Assembly (NCBI GenBank): GCA_963783305.1
Contig: CAWAMW010000004.1
Span: forward strand, 1 to 17,255
Source of the DNA: an uncultured Gemmatimonadales bacterium
GTDB taxonomy: Bacteria > Gemmatimonadota > Gemmatimonadetes > Longimicrobiales > RSA9
DNA: 17,255 bases
Reading direction: 5' to 3'
In this document: positions 16,561-17,255 of the stretch, one piece after another
How the letters are laid out: the number at the start of each line of letters is the position of its first letter
How positions within the stretch are numbered: position 1 is the first letter of the stretch
The notes under the pieces: generated by a model
The model's input: the letters and a program-made list of their open reading frames with translations, nothing else
Told to the model about the DNA's origin: nothing
Databases searched by the model: none
Made by a program: the position numbers and the translations under genes

Positions 16561-17255
16561 TCAGCGCCCGCCCTCCAGCACCAGCGGCGCCGTGTCCTCC
16601 GCGATCTGCCCATCCCGCAGGACAATGGTGTGGTCGGCGGTCGCGCGCAGCGCGGGCTGGTGCGACACCGCCAGGATCGTCACCCGTCCACGCAAGGATG
16701 CGAGTGTCTCCAGAATGGCCGCTTCGGTGGCTGTATCGAGCCCGGTCGTGGCCTCGTCCAGGATCAGCAGAGCGGGCTCCTTCACCAGCGCCCTCGCGAT
16801 CGCCAGCCGCTGACGCTGACCGCCGGAGAGATTGGAGCCCTGCGGCGCGATCAGCGCGTGGATCCCCTCGGAGTTCCGACCGACGAAGTCCCATGATCCG
16901 GAGGCGCGCAACGCCTCCTCCACCCCTCATCGGAGATCGAGTCGTCCCCCAACGTCACGTTGCGGCGGACCGTGTCGTTGAAGAGGAAGACGTCCTGCGG
17001 GACGTACCCGATCTTCCGCCGCCAGGCTCGGAGGTCGATCTCCTCCAGCGGCACGCCGTCGAGGTGCACCTCGCCTCCATCGGGCCGCCGGAGACCCGCG
17101 ATCAGGTCCAGGATGGTGCTCTTGCCGCTCCCGGACTGACCGATCAGGGCGGTGATCTCGCTCGCGGGGATCCGGAGCTGCAGTCGGTCCAGCACCTGAA
17201 GATCGCCGTACGAGAAGCTCACATCCCGCAGCTCGATCCCATCGGTGAGAGCCGG
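16561..17255 (-). CDS. ABC exporter nucleotide-binding domain (MsbA/PglK-like fused exporter), 5'-truncated by the window edge; frameshift near 16925
   Basis: Walker A GQSGSGKST, Q-loop YVPQD, signature LSGGQRQR, Walker B LILDEATTGLD and H-loop VSHQ. Confidence 0.92.

Noticed and set aside
14931..16625. 564-aa minus-strand ORF
   Set aside because: It is the antisense shadow of the plus-strand GT4-like gene, as expected at high GC3. Only the last 50 or so codons (the GT4 relic) look like real protein.
1..17255. CRISPR arrays, tRNA/rRNA genes, transposases, integrases
   Set aside because: No repeat-spacer periodicity, cloverleaf, rRNA-like segment or recombinase motif was seen.

Overview
GC-rich bacterial window, roughly 68-70% GC in the flanks with visibly lower-GC blocks inside. 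The protein repertoire suggests Gemmatimonadota or a similar lineage, but that is inference. Most of the window is a mosaic surface-polysaccharide locus: an ExoV-like pyruvyltransferase, two GT2s, three GT4s plus a GT4 C-terminal relic, a GT31-like GT-A enzyme, two CapK-like (phenylacetate-CoA ligase family) adenylate-forming enzymes, a sulfotransferase and the 3' part of an MsbA-like ABC exporter. It also carries a 5'-truncated gene for a beta-propeller protein and a multi-Ig-domain lipoprotein gene. More than a dozen single-base frameshifts are most likely long-read indel errors. The standout is a complete GEMM-I (c-di-GMP-I class) riboswitch aptamer at 4797-4895. It has A, not G, at the specificity position equivalent to Vc2 G20, the signature of 3',3'-cGAMP-sensing (GEMM-Ib) riboswitches. 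It sits directly upstream of the lipoprotein gene, which encodes Ig repeats with vicinal Cys-Cys pairs and a C-terminal lectin/lyase-like domain.
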